Position numbers and translations under genes: made by a program
In this document: positions 10,963 to 20,575 of the stretch, piece by piece
Position numbering within the stretch: position 1 is the stretch's first letter
How the letters are laid out: each line of letters starts with the position of its first letter
Source of the DNA: Chthonomonadales bacterium
GTDB lineage: Bacteria; Armatimonadota; Chthonomonadetes; Chthonomonadales; CAJBBX01
Direction of reading: 5' to 3'
NCBI GenBank assembly: GCA_037443035.1
Contig: JBBIPC010000020.1
Span: forward strand, 1 to 64,000
DNA length: 64,000 bases
Notes under the pieces: model-generated
The model's input: only the letters and a program-made list of their open reading frames with translations
Database searches by the model: none
Told to the model about the DNA's origin: nothing

Positions 10963-11846
10963 GCGGCCTCCTGAGGATCGCGACGAAGCACGCCTAGGAC
11001 AAGACCGCTGAGCGCCATGACGAGAACGAAGTTCGCAACAGCCAGGGCTGTCGCGTACCCGAACTCGCTATTCTTGAACGCTTGCTCGTAGAGGTACGTA
11101 AGCATCGTTTCGGTGCGCCTGTCGGGACCTCCGGTCGTCATCAAGAAAACCAGCGCGAAGACATTCATCGCGCCAATGGTCACATACACAGTAGCCACCC
11201 TGAGCACCGCCCAGAGCATGGGCAGGGTCACCGTGCGGAATCGATAGAGTCCTTCTGCGCCGTCCAGCACTGCTGCCTCATAGACTTCCAGGGGTATGGT
11301 CCGGAGACCGGCCGAGAAGAGCATGATGTAGAAACCAACACCGTGCCAGACGAATGTCACAACAACCGCCCAGAGCGCAGTATCCGGCGTTCCCAGCCAG
11401 TCTATCGCAAGCCGTTCGAGTCGGAGCGACTTCAGCAGACCGTTCAATACGCCGAACGAAGGATTGTAGATGAACATCCAGAGGACGGCGACCACCACGC
11501 CGGAGATGATCTGGGGAAAGAGATAGACACCGCGCATGGCGCGTGCCCACCCGCCAGTGCCGTGCACGGCATGGGCGATGGCCAAGCCGAGCGCTAGGAT
11601 GACTGAACCACCCACGAGCAGAAAGACCAGGTTGTGCATCAATGCCTGATCGAAAACTGGGTCCTCGAGCAGACGATGGAAGTTCTCCAGTCCTACGAAG
11701 TCCTTGTGTGCAGATATCCCGCGCCAGCGGAAGAGGGAGTAGGCGAAGGCCTCCATTACGGGCACAATGACGAATAGGCCGTACAACGCGACAGCAGGAG
11801 CCACGAAGGAAGCAATGAAAACCCCACGAGCGCGGGTGGCTCTCAC
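10959..11846 (-). CDS. Carbohydrate ABC transporter permease (CUT1, MalF-like)
   Basis: FVGLENF, EVYEAAVLDGA and TTGGP motifs. GTG start at 11846 overlaps the binding-protein stop. Confidence 0.9.
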   Translation of the reverse strand: MRATRARGVFIASFVAPAVALYGLFVIVPVMEAFAYSLFRWRGISAHKDFVGLENFHRLLEDPVFDQALMHNLVFLLVGGSVILALGLAIAHAVHGTGGWARAMRGVYLFPQIISGVVVAVLWMFIYNPSFGVLNGLLKSLRLERLAIDWLGTPDTALWAVVVTFVWHGVGFYIMLFSAGLRTIPLEVYEAAVLDGAEGLYRFRTVTLPMLWAVLRVATVYVTIGAMNVFALVFLMTTGGPDRRTETMLTYLYEQAFKNSEFGYATALAVANFVLVMALSGLVLGVLRRDPQEAA

Positions 11847-13168
11847 CTTTCGACTCTGTGCTTGGGTATGTTGGGGTCCTGGCGCACCTGCTCCGCGGCT
11901 CGCTCTAGCCTGTCCACGAACTGCTCCGGCGTGGCTTCTCCTGTCATCAGAGCGGCCATGGCATCTTGCGCAGCCTTGCCCAGTGCGGGATACCACTGGA
12001 TGTAGTCGGCGGAGTACACCGTCTTCGCATTCTTGAATGCGTTCGCAGGTGACTCAAGGTAAGGCGGCTTCCTGGCCGTCTCACTACCTCGCACGGACAT
12101 CAGAGTGCCCTTCTCTTCGACAAACTGGCGGGCTTTCTTGACGGAGGTCAGATACTTGTAGAAGTCTACGGCGATACGCCGGTTCTTGCCGTTTGCCGGT
12201 ATGACCCATGGCTCGATGCCTATGGAGATGGCAGTAGGATCTCCCTTGCCGTCGTCGAGTATTGGAGGTAGGAAGAAGGCCATTTCGAACTTGCCGGGCG
12301 GAGGAAGCTGCTCGCGCATCTCCGAGTGAAGCCATGTTCCGCAGGGAATCATGGCCGCGCGGCCCGTGATGAACTCCATCTGTGCTTCCGTGTGGCTCAT
12401 ACCGTTGGCGCCATTCTGGAAGTATCCCAAGTCCATGAGGCGCTTCACCATGCGCGCAGCTTGCAGCATCGAGGGAGACTTCCACGCACCGGGCACGAGG
12501 TTCTGGCAGTCGTCGAACACCTCGATGCCGCCGTGGCTGATAGCCCACGGGTATACGAACCCAGCGAGGGCGTAATAGGGGTACTTGCCCTGGTAGGTGA
12601 TTGGCGCAATGCCAGCGGCTTTGATCTTCGCACAGAGGCTGAGCAGTTCGCTCCATGTTCGCGGCGGCTTCCAACCGTGTCTCGCGAACAGCACTTTGTC
12701 GTACCACCAGCCGTTCATGCTAAAGAAGTAGGGAAGCATCCAGTGCTTTCCCTTGTACTCTCCCAGCTTCAGCAAGGACGGTTCGAATGTGTCGCCCCAC
12801 TTGCCTTGGCCCTCGTATGGCGGCTCGGCCAGATACTCATCCCATGGAACGATCTGATTCTCGTAGACCAGAGGCCAATGATCCATTCCCCAACCTGGGT
12901 AGGTCAGGTCAGGCGGGTTGCCCGCGACAAAGAGCGGTCGGAGCTGCTCCCAGACACGCGGATTTCCCCAGACCTTGATCTTGACGCCGGGGTGCTGCGC
13001 CTCGTACTCGCGGGCGGCTTTCTCGAAGAAGTCAATACCGTAGCCGCCCTTGAATAGCGCCACGTCTAACACCCCTTCGCGAGACGTCTCGCGCCGTCCA
13101 CATGAGCTGGCGCCAAGCACCAAGACGGAGGCGACCACCGCCATCGTCATGTATCTCATACCACCCAT
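11843..13168 (-). CDS. Sugar ABC transporter substrate-binding lipoprotein (family 1; resembles NgcE-type N-acetylglucosamine/oligosaccharide binders)
   Basis: Lipobox-like ASSC, FKGGYG, PRTWSEL and AAMIPCGTWL. The substrate is inferred. Confidence 0.85.
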   Translation of the reverse strand: MGGMRYMTMAVVASVLVLGASSCGRRETSREGVLDVALFKGGYGIDFFEKAAREYEAQHPGVKIKVWGNPRVWEQLRPLFVAGNPPDLTYPGWGMDHWPLVYENQIVPWDEYLAEPPYEGQGKWGDTFEPSLLKLGEYKGKHWMLPYFFSMNGWWYDKVLFARHGWKPPRTWSELLSLCAKIKAAGIAPITYQGKYPYYALAGFVYPWAISHGGIEVFDDCQNLVPGAWKSPSMLQAARMVKRLMDLGYFQNGANGMSHTEAQMEFITGRAAMIPCGTWLHSEMREQLPPPGKFEMAFFLPPILDDGKGDPTAISIGIEPWVIPANGKNRRIAVDFYKYLTSVKKARQFVEEKGTLMSVRGSETARKPPYLESPANAFKNAKTVYSADYIQWYPALGKAAQDAMAALMTGEATPEQFVDRLERAAEQVRQDPNIPKHRVER

Positions 13169-13279
13169 GCCCTGCTCCCTAAGCCACGCAAGCTTGACGC
13201 ATTATTCGTCAACCAGCGGACAAACTCCTACGTACGAGGGAACTGCAGCCGGTATGCAGCGTATGCAGCGCCCCGCGGG

Positions 13280-14608
13280 CTATCTGACAGTCTGGCGGTA
13301 CCTTGTTACCATAGCCGCAAGCAAACCGGTGGCTCGCTCTGCACGTTCCGCCGTCCAGCCATGCTGCTCGCTGGCAGGCATCGCAGGTGAGTAGGCGACG
13401 TGCGTGTCCACCATCTCGTTCCAGCTGTAGAAGCCGAAGCCGTCACCCTGTCGAGCCGCCTGGCCGGCGTAGGTCTCGACCGAACGAGCGAACGCATCTG
13501 AAGCCGGCGACAGGTCCCAGTCCGAGTATGTTCGATACGTCAGGATGAACCGTTGTCCGGTGCGCTTGCGATGCCGTTCCAGGGCGGCGATCTCGGCCGC
13601 GCTGAGCGGTCCCGTGGCCCGGAGCAACACGATGTCCGCCCAGTCGCAGGAAATGGGATCGGCGCCGTACTGGATGCGATACGCCCTTGCGTGAGGGTGC
13701 TCCGCCTCGTACTGATAGGGGTACTCGGCCATGAGCAGCACGTCGGGATGCGAGCGGCGGACCTCCTTGCCGATGGACCGCAAGACATCGCGTATGGTCT
13801 CGGAGCGGAACAGGACATGGTCTTCGACGGCTTGCCGATATGATGCCTTGCCCGCGATGTGGGCTTTGTAGTCGAAGGTAGAGGTGTCGCACGGGTCGAT
13901 TTCCGCCCATCGGCGAAGGCGGGTGCCCCACGCGCGATTCAGTGCAACAAGCGAGCGGTACTTACGGCGGCACCAGGCTCGGAACTTCTCGTTACTCTCG
14001 TCGTCGAACCCGCCATCCCAAGCGGACTCGACGCTGAGGCTGATCACCGGACGCTCCTTGCCTCTCCACTGCAGTCTTAGCAGGGCCTGATCGGCATACC
14101 GGTCGAGGTACATCAGGGCGTACTTGACGCCTGCGACATGCACTGCCGGGTCCCAGATGATCGGAGCCGCGGGCGTTCCATCCTGATGCTTGCTGTAGCG
14201 GACATCCACGCCTAACCACTGCCTCGCGAGCTCATGTCGGCGGCCGGGCGCGATGTCGGACCAGGTCTTGGGGCTGAGCCACGGCACGATGGCCATGCCC
14301 GCTTCCTTTGCGAGCCGATGGGACCGGTCGAGCCACTTCCAGTTACCGTCTATGGCCTGGCTCCACTCGTGGTCCAGCAGAAGCGTGTTGAAGCCCATGG
14401 CGCGGAGTCGCTTCAGGTCCGCTCGAACGGCCTCATCATCGCTCTTCCAGGGTTCCCACCAATGCGGGAAGTAGTAGATGCACGTAAGAGGTTCGCCGTT
14501 CGGTAAGCGCAAGGGATCGCGCGGACCATCAGAGGCCGACAGGCTCATGGCCCCCATGAGACCGCCTACCACAGCAAATGCGACAACCGCCGAATAAGGG
14601 TTAGCCAC
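13280..14608 (-). CDS. Secreted GH42-like (beta-galactosidase-type) TIM-barrel glycoside hydrolase
   Basis: Signal peptide; DLKRLRAMGFNT and FRAWCRRKYRSLVALNRAWGT, typical of GH42-like domains. Confidence 0.65.
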   Translation of the reverse strand: MANPYSAVVAFAVVGGLMGAMSLSASDGPRDPLRLPNGEPLTCIYYFPHWWEPWKSDDEAVRADLKRLRAMGFNTLLLDHEWSQAIDGNWKWLDRSHRLAKEAGMAIVPWLSPKTWSDIAPGRRHELARQWLGVDVRYSKHQDGTPAAPIIWDPAVHVAGVKYALMYLDRYADQALLRLQWRGKERPVISLSVESAWDGGFDDESNEKFRAWCRRKYRSLVALNRAWGTRLRRWAEIDPCDTSTFDYKAHIAGKASYRQAVEDHVLFRSETIRDVLRSIGKEVRRSHPDVLLMAEYPYQYEAEHPHARAYRIQYGADPISCDWADIVLLRATGPLSAAEIAALERHRKRTGQRFILTYRTYSDWDLSPASDAFARSVETYAGQAARQGDGFGFYSWNEMVDTHVAYSPAMPASEQHGWTAERAERATGLLAAMVTRYRQTVR

Positions 14609-14663
14609 GCCGTCACCTCCGCGGAGTCGCAGCCATGGTACCCGTCCAGCCGAGAAATGAAAT

Positions 14664-14716
14664 GTAGCGCAGGCCTCCGGCCTGCAAGCGTGGTGCAGCC
14701 GGGCCGGCTGCGCTAC
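14664..14716. repeat. REPIN/BIME-like element: two inverted GTAG-family REP palindromes
   Basis: GTAGCGCAGGCCTCCGGCCTGC-N9-GCAGCCGGGCCGGCTGCGCTAC. Each half is a hairpin and the ends GTAGCGCAG/CTGCGCTAC are reverse complements. Confidence 0.7.
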
Positions 14717-14816
14717 GTCATTCGCTGCGGCGTCTGCGACATGTTACGGCCGGCGAACGCATCGTCCATCGAAATACAGCGATTGCCGTCACGAACGTAC
14801 TTGCTCGGCTACGCGA

Positions 14817-15803
14817 CTATTCCCGACGGCGCACGGGGCCAGTCCGCCCATCCACGCCGCCGACCCGCGCCTTGGTGGCGCCCTCCGTCTCAAGGCCGCC
14901 CAAAACCGAGCCGTTGTACGGGTCAATGAACACCGCATCGGTTCCGAAGTACACCACCCACGCCAGACGGACCCGTTCTGGGCGGACCGTGCTCCATGAA
15001 TAGCCGCTGCCGTAAGACGGGTTCGGAACAACCTATCCGAGCTTAGCGTTGGTCGGCGCGTCCGCACTGCGGAAGAGCGGTCTGCGATGCTTCAGGTAGA
15101 GTGGTGTGGCAAGCTTCTCGGCTTCACTCTTCGAGAGTTTCGGCGGAGCCGGCGCGTCGGGCATCACTACATGATCATACGACGCCCAGTACCGCACGAG
15201 CACACCGTCCTGTGGGTCTACCTCGATGATTGCTCCGGGACCGCCGGGTGTTACAAAGGGGTACCCGTGGGCATCGAGGCGAAACGAGGCACAAGCCGTA
15301 CCGGCTTTGTTCGCGTCGCCACGACCGGGCGTGTCGTCGCCGTAGAACCAGAAGCCATCGAGCCGTGCCTTCTCGGGCACATCAAGGGCTTTGGCGAGCC
15401 TGAGTACGAACGCCTTCGCCTCGTCCTCATTGCGGAAAATCGAGCGTCCGGTGCGGTCCAGTCGCTTGACCTGCTGCATGATGCGCCAGTTGTTGGTGAA
15501 CATGACAACATAGCCACCGGTCTCGTGCACCTCGACTGTCGCTTGGTTGCCCAAGCCCCAGGTCACTACCCACGGCCGCTCGCCGAGCACCTCGTAGGAC
15601 CGACGCTGGACCCGAACTTCGGCGGTCGGCTGGACGGGCACGGCCGCCTTCTCGATGAACGCTTTGGCGGTGGCAAGAGCTTTCTCCTCGGGCGTCTGCG
15701 GAGGAGGGCTCTGCGAGAAACCACGAGCCCAGAGCGTCACTCCGAAAGTGCCGATTGCGATAGACGCTCCCAGAATGGCAAACATCGTTGTGATTCTCAT
15801 CAT
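14817..15803 (-). pseudogene. Secreted protein with PepSY-like C-terminus, interrupted by an in-frame TAG at 15033-15035
   Basis: Reading through the TAG gives KLG*VVPNPSYGSGYSWSTVRPERVRLAWVVYFGTDAVFIDPYNGSVLGG... (71 more aa) to the next TAG at 14817. Confidence 0.7.
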
Positions 15804-16109
15804 GGCCTCCAGGGTCAATCGTGCCAGAAACCGCTGGCGATGCTGTCGCCAGATACGCCGGAACGGACGTATTTCGTCGCATCGCCGCGGCTGAAGCGGC
15901 CCGCGATGCGCATGCCGGATCTGCGCCTACCCAGTACAGATAGACGATTCCGCGGCACGGATTCCCTCACCCAGCGAAGAGGATTTCTCGTTGGCGTTCG
16001 CTCGCCACCGATAGCCATCGAGGGCGTGCCAACCGGAACGCAATGAGAACCTCCGCGAACCTACGGACGCCGTCCGGCTGACACGCCCATACACCAATGT
16101 GCGCGATGA

Positions 16110-16158
16110 CGTTGGATGTAGGGGCCATTCCCGGAATGCCCCCACTGCATCTCCAACG
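16110..16158. repeat. Long imperfect hairpin containing a GTAG-REP-like unit, downstream of the 16190 gene
   Basis: CGTTGGA/TCCAACG outer stem; inner GTAGGGGC-CATTCC-C-GGAATG-CCCC. Confidence 0.5.
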
Positions 16159-16189
16159 AAGCCATGGTCGGGACACATGCCAAACCGGC

Positions 16190-19100
16190 CTACCGTAGGC
16201 GAACCTCCACAACGGCCCGCCCGATATCGCCCGGCAAGATCACCCATCCGGCGGTGTCCATTTGTACAGGCTTGTCGTTCACCCTCACCATTACGGCCGT
16301 GGCACCCTCGGGCAATCGAAACCGGACGCGAATGCGCTTCGGCGGGTTACGCCTGGGTCCCTCGATGGTCGCTGTCACGCTGTTGGCGGCCGCCGCGTAA
16401 CGGACGCTCACGGGTCCGAAGTGCGTGGCGGCACGCTCGACGCCGCATTCCTTACCCGGAGCCAGCCACTCGCGCGGGATCGCCTGACCGACCAGCAGTT
16501 CCTCGCCTTCCTCACGCACGAACAGGTAGCGGAGCCATCCCGCCGCATTGGCCTCGTCGGAGCTCTTGTAGTGGTCGCCGCGCCAGCTCCCATAGTCGGG
16601 CAGCACATGCTCAGTAATCATCCGAACGTCGGGGAAATACCCCACAGCCATGGCATTGAAGATGGCCCGAAGCGCTTGGTTCACATCGTCGCGGTACAGG
16701 TACGGTTCGGCATCGAGCAACAGGCATGACTGCATGGACATGCCGCCCAGCCCGAACCACTGCCTCTCGAAATCGGGCACGGTGTAGCCGTACTGATTGG
16801 AGAGGAACAGGTTGTCCTCGTAGTCCTCCATGATCTCGCGAGCCGCGTCGCACTTGGGATCGAGCACGCGCGTAATGAGCAGGTGGATGGCGCCCTCCAG
16901 CGTCTCGCAGATCCAGCCGAACGCACGGCCGCGTAGGTAGGGGTGACTGGGGAACTTCCGCACCGAACGGCCGTCCCGAAGCCGCACGACGGGCGTGAGT
17001 TCAGCCGCACGGGTAAAAGCGCGGACTATAGCCTTGCGGTAATCGTCGGCTTCCTTCCTTACTCGAGTGGCCTGGGCATGTCTAGCCTGCTCCAACGCCC
17101 ACGCCGCGGCGTCGAGCCCGCGCCATGTGTAGCAGTTGGTGGACAGCCACGGCCACCAGTCGCCAATGTCCTCGAGACTACCGGCGGGGAGAAGCCCCTT
17201 CGCGATGTCGTTCCGCTTCAGCGTCCGCTTGCGCTGACCGATGATCCAGTCGGCCCCCTTCAGGATGCCGGGCAAGGCATGTCGGAGCCATCGCTCGTCG
17301 CGCGTGAAGCGGTAGTGTTCTACGAGGCACCAGAGAATCCACCCGTGATGCTGATTGTAGCCACCGTGCTCGTAGCCGCCTGCGCCGTAAAGCACGCCTT
17401 CGTTGGTGGAGAAGTCGCCGGGCAGTCCGACCGTTCCCTGATAGTGAAGCCATGCCTCCAAGCATTCCTCGGCTTCCCTGTGATGGCCGCGGCGGTCCAG
17501 GTCGGTCACCATCATGCACGATTCGTTGCCGAACGCGGCGTAGTGGAACGAGCCCACGCGCGCGAACCGTCGGTTAGCGTTGGGCTCCTTCTCGCAGTTT
17601 ATCAGCAAGTGGCCGAGGTGCGCCCGATGGAAGTCGTTGAGCATGGGCTCGGGGGTAATGAGCTTCATGCCGGCATCCATGCGTGTTCGCCAATAGGCGG
17701 CGACGGCACTGCGCTCCTTCTCGAAGTCCAGCCGGTCCAGCCGAGCGCGATCGCTATCGTTCAGAGCGGTGACGAACGGCAGCTTCACCGTGATCTCGCG
17801 CGTCTGGCCGGGCTCCAGCTCCCACGACCAAACGGGACCATGCTCATCGAGATTGGGCAGCGTGTCTGTGATCAGCTGGCCTCGGAACCGTCCCGCTTGT
17901 GTGAGAGTCCCGAGCAGGTCTATGTCGAGCTTGCCTTGCTCGCATCGAACCGGCAGCGACGCACGCTCCGGAGAAGGCCCCGTGTTGGTGGCCGACAGGC
18001 GCACCATACAGACCGCCGTTGCATCGCCGTCCGGCGTCCTGGCCGGATCGGTCCCATCTATGGTGGTGACAAAGGCGACCTGCTCGTAGCGAATGGCGCC
18101 CTGCTGCCATTGCGTGATGCAAATGGGCAGGCAGCCTTCCTCGATGGTGCGATGGGTGGGCCTGTCGGGCATGCCAAACCCGATGGTGACGCGATCCCCG
18201 TCCGCAGCGAGCGGCTCGGTGTCCTTTCCGGGCCGCACGCCGATGAAGTGGTTCTGGATGCGGTACTCGATGGAGCTGTTCGGATGGAGCAGGAAGCGCT
18301 GGCGGCCGCCGTCCAGCCCCATAGGAAAGACGATATCCGACTTCTTAGGCGGCATTCCCTGCCACGCCGCTTGCCACGTCTGCTCACGCATGGCTGCAAC
18401 GCGGTCGTAGAGCGTCGTGCCGGGGCGCACCACCGACCTCAGAAGGGCCGCATACGTCCGCCGGTCGCCGCCTTCCGTGACCGCAACGCCCAATGACGGC
18501 ACGACTACCGGCCTGTCAGCGAGGTCTGACACCTTCACCGTGAACCGCCTGCGCGCCCAGCCGATGGTCAACAGGGTTCGATCGAAGGAGTTGGGGTCGG
18601 GATTGGTGGCCACGAGGAGGTTGGCCTCGCAGCCGGAATCGGTCATGCAGGCCGCCGTGACGTAGCCGTTGAACGCCTCGAGCTTCGGCATGCTCGCCGG
18701 TCGTCGGGACCAGACGATGCGGATAGATCTCGCAGCCCAGACAGACCCGGTGTAGGCGGAGATGCGTTCGACCTGCGGAGAGCCATACGGAAGAACAACG
18801 CGAACCTGGTGCGTGAACCGCCACGTCGCCGGGAAGCCGCGCAGGCGCGGAAACTCCTTGCGGTTCACCGGCCGGAAGGTGATCGTCGCCTCGTTGTCGT
18901 TGGCGTACACATCCGCATCGGCGTCGCGCCATTCGCCCGTGTACCAGTTGCCCAGTTCCCACCACCCCACGTCGCCTCCGCCGGGCTCGCGGTCGCGCGG
19001 CAGGCGCTGCTCGGGCCACCGGCTGCTCCAGTACTGGAGCCGTATGCCTCGCGGCGCATTGCCCCGGAACAGGACTACGACACGATGTATCTCGCGCGGA

Positions 19101-19198
19101 TCGGTCCATCGCAGTCCCAATCCTTGCGGCAACGGAATGGCCCAGGGAGCGACGTCGACTGCAGAGCCGACCGGCGGCAACACGACAGGTATGAACAT
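16190..19198 (-). CDS. Uncharacterised large protein, probable (alpha/alpha)6 six-hairpin glycosidase-like
   Basis: About 1000 aa. Helical-barrel-type motifs EHYRFTRDERWL, GLLPAGSLEDIG and WLRYLFVREE, then a C-terminal ATHFGPVS beta domain. GGAGG SD before ATG 19198. Confidence 0.6.
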   Translation of the reverse strand: MFIPVVLPPVGSAVDVAPWAIPLPQGLGLRWTDPREIHRVVVLFRGNAPRGIRLQYWSSRWPEQRLPRDREPGGGDVGWWELGNWYTGEWRDADADVYANDNEATITFRPVNRKEFPRLRGFPATWRFTHQVRVVLPYGSPQVERISAYTGSVWAARSIRIVWSRRPASMPKLEAFNGYVTAACMTDSGCEANLLVATNPDPNSFDRTLLTIGWARRRFTVKVSDLADRPVVVPSLGVAVTEGGDRRTYAALLRSVVRPGTTLYDRVAAMREQTWQAAWQGMPPKKSDIVFPMGLDGGRQRFLLHPNSSIEYRIQNHFIGVRPGKDTEPLAADGDRVTIGFGMPDRPTHRTIEEGCLPICITQWQQGAIRYEQVAFVTTIDGTDPARTPDGDATAVCMVRLSATNTGPSPERASLPVRCEQGKLDIDLLGTLTQAGRFRGQLITDTLPNLDEHGPVWSWELEPGQTREITVKLPFVTALNDSDRARLDRLDFEKERSAVAAYWRTRMDAGMKLITPEPMLNDFHRAHLGHLLINCEKEPNANRRFARVGSFHYAAFGNESCMMVTDLDRRGHHREAEECLEAWLHYQGTVGLPGDFSTNEGVLYGAGGYEHGGYNQHHGWILWCLVEHYRFTRDERWLRHALPGILKGADWIIGQRKRTLKRNDIAKGLLPAGSLEDIGDWWPWLSTNCYTWRGLDAAAWALEQARHAQATRVRKEADDYRKAIVRAFTRAAELTPVVRLRDGRSVRKFPSHPYLRGRAFGWICETLEGAIHLLITRVLDPKCDAAREIMEDYEDNLFLSNQYGYTVPDFERQWFGLGGMSMQSCLLLDAEPYLYRDDVNQALRAIFNAMAVGYFPDVRMITEHVLPDYGSWRGDHYKSSDEANAAGWLRYLFVREEGEELLVGQAIPREWLAPGKECGVERAATHFGPVSVRYAAAANSVTATIEGPRRNPPKRIRVRFRLPEGATAVMVRVNDKPVQMDTAGWVILPGDIGRAVVEVRLR

Positions 19199-19399
19199 GG
19201 CAAGACCTCCGTAGCGCGTTACTGACAAGCTTTTCGGCGTCGGCTGGGCAGGCACCTGCGATCCGCGGAGTTGGCGTAGGCCACGTGGCTACGTCGCCAA
19301 CTTGCTTGACGGAGAGGGAGTTTCGCCGTGTAATGCGCATCAGTAGACCGGCCGCAGACGGAGTGTCGGCGGCTGCCCTGACACAAGGACTGAGTGAGT

Positions 19400-19847
19400 A
19401 TGAGCACCCATGCAAGGCTGAGTACACACCGGCTCGCGCGCGCTACGCTCGCGGCTGGCGTTCTCGGAGCATGCCTCGCGTGCGGAGGCTGTGGAGCGCG
19501 AGTTGGTCCCTGGCCGCATCGTCTCCGAGACCTATCGCGACGGCAACGACGAGATATATGTCATGAACGCCGACGGGACGGGCGTTGCGCCTGACGAACA
19601 ACAACTACCGGGACGGCGAACCCCAATGGACGCCGACGGCACGAATGTGATGCGCATCACGAACGCAGCCGGACCTAACTGGGAGCCCACCGTATCCGTG
19701 GACGGCCGGCGCGTCGCGTTCAGCACCGAGCGCCAAGATACCGGCAGGACCAGCGAGATATTCGTGATCAACCTGGACGGCACGGGCGAGACGCAGATAA
19801 CCTACAACTCAACATGGGACCTGGAGCCGAGCTGGCCGGGGAGGTAG
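19400..19847 (+). pseudogene. Degraded TolB-like PD40/beta-propeller lipoprotein gene
   Basis: Lipoprotein-like leader in one frame, PD40 repeats (RDGNDEIYVMNADGTG, EIFVINLDGTGETQIT, DLEPSW) in a second, and RLTNNNYRDGEPQWTP in a third. Too few repeats for a full propeller. Confidence 0.7.
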
Positions 19848-20049
19848 GAAGGGCGATCCGCATCTCCAAGACCTCATCGGGATGGGTGGTTAGCGGCTGC
19901 GCACAGTAGCAGTGCACCAGGTCTCTTGAAGCGTTGTCGATTACGCTGATCGACGCGACACTGGGCTGAACAGGGGCCAGACTCTCCGCACTGCTGGGAA
20001 GGCTGGCTGCTTGTCCCCAATAAGGAACCCTCTCGCAATCCGTCCCGTA

Positions 20050-20083
20050 TGGTATCCTGTATCCGACCGGATTAGTCGGAGAT
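20050..20083 (+). promoter_or_regulatory. Extended -10 promoter and IscR/Rrf2-type operator of the suf operon
   Basis: TGgTATCCT at 20050-20058 is directly followed by GTATCCGACCGGATTAGTCGGAGAT (TCCGAC-N7-GTCGGA palindrome), resembling the IscR type-1 site. Confidence 0.65.
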
Positions 20084-20116
20084 TTAAACGGTCGGAGACG
20101 GGAGTACGGGGCATCC

Positions 20117-20575
20117 ATGCTCGGGTTGACCAAGAAGACGGATTACGCATTGCTGGCGCTTGCCTACCTTGCAGCGAGGCAGCATGGGGGAGCGGTACGG
20201 GCTCGCGAGATTGCAGAGCACCACGGTATTCCCACCGAGCTGCTCGCGAAGATACTGCAACGTCTCGCTAAGTCCGGCCTGCTGGTATCGACCCCAGGAC
20301 CCACTGGCGGCTATGCCCTGGCCCGGCCTGCCGACGACATTACGGTGGGCGCGGTCCTCGAGGCCGTGGAGGGGGCTCCCGCACTGGCCCAGTGTCTGCG
20401 TAACACGGACAACTGCTGCGAACAAGAGGTGCATTGCACCATCCGAAGACCTCTCGAGCGCATCAGCGCCCGAGTATACGACATGCTGGACGCCATACCG
20501 CTAAGCGAGCTGGCACATGGAGCCGACACCCCGGTTGTTAGGATTGGCGAGATTGGCGTCGGGGGCAAACAATGA
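20117..20575 (+). CDS. Rrf2-family Fe-S cluster regulator (SufR/IscR-like)
   Basis: [19 protein letters not shown] and Cys cluster [16 protein letters not shown]. First gene of the suf operon. Confidence 0.9.
   Translation: MLGLTKKTDYALLALAYLAARQHGGAVRAREIAEHHGIPTELLAKILQRLAKSGLLVSTPGPTGGYALARPADDITVGAVLEAVEGAPALAQCLRNTDNCCEQEVHCTIRRPLERISARVYDMLDAIPLSELAHGADTPVVRIGEIGVGGKQ

Noticed and set aside
10093..13168. Missing ATPase in the CUT1 ABC cluster
   Set aside because: Ordinary: CUT1 systems often share a remote MsmX/MsiK-type ATPase.
15033..15035. Genome-wide TAG reassignment or pyrrolysine
   Set aside because: Many conserved genes here (sufB, sufS, ftnA, pdxS) end at TAG at their expected lengths, and there are no pyl genes in the window.
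16943..18496. Long antisense ORFs (e.g. 517 aa at 16943-18496, 345 aa at 57531-58568, 337 aa at 38056-39069)
   Set aside because: These are shadow ORFs opposite well-supported genes in GC-rich DNA, with no recognisable motifs.
19985..20010. Cobalamin riboswitch fragment (CACTG..GGGAAGG)
   Set aside because: The other conserved elements (upstream GGGAA..GGTG..AA.TCC core and downstream AGACC box) were not found.
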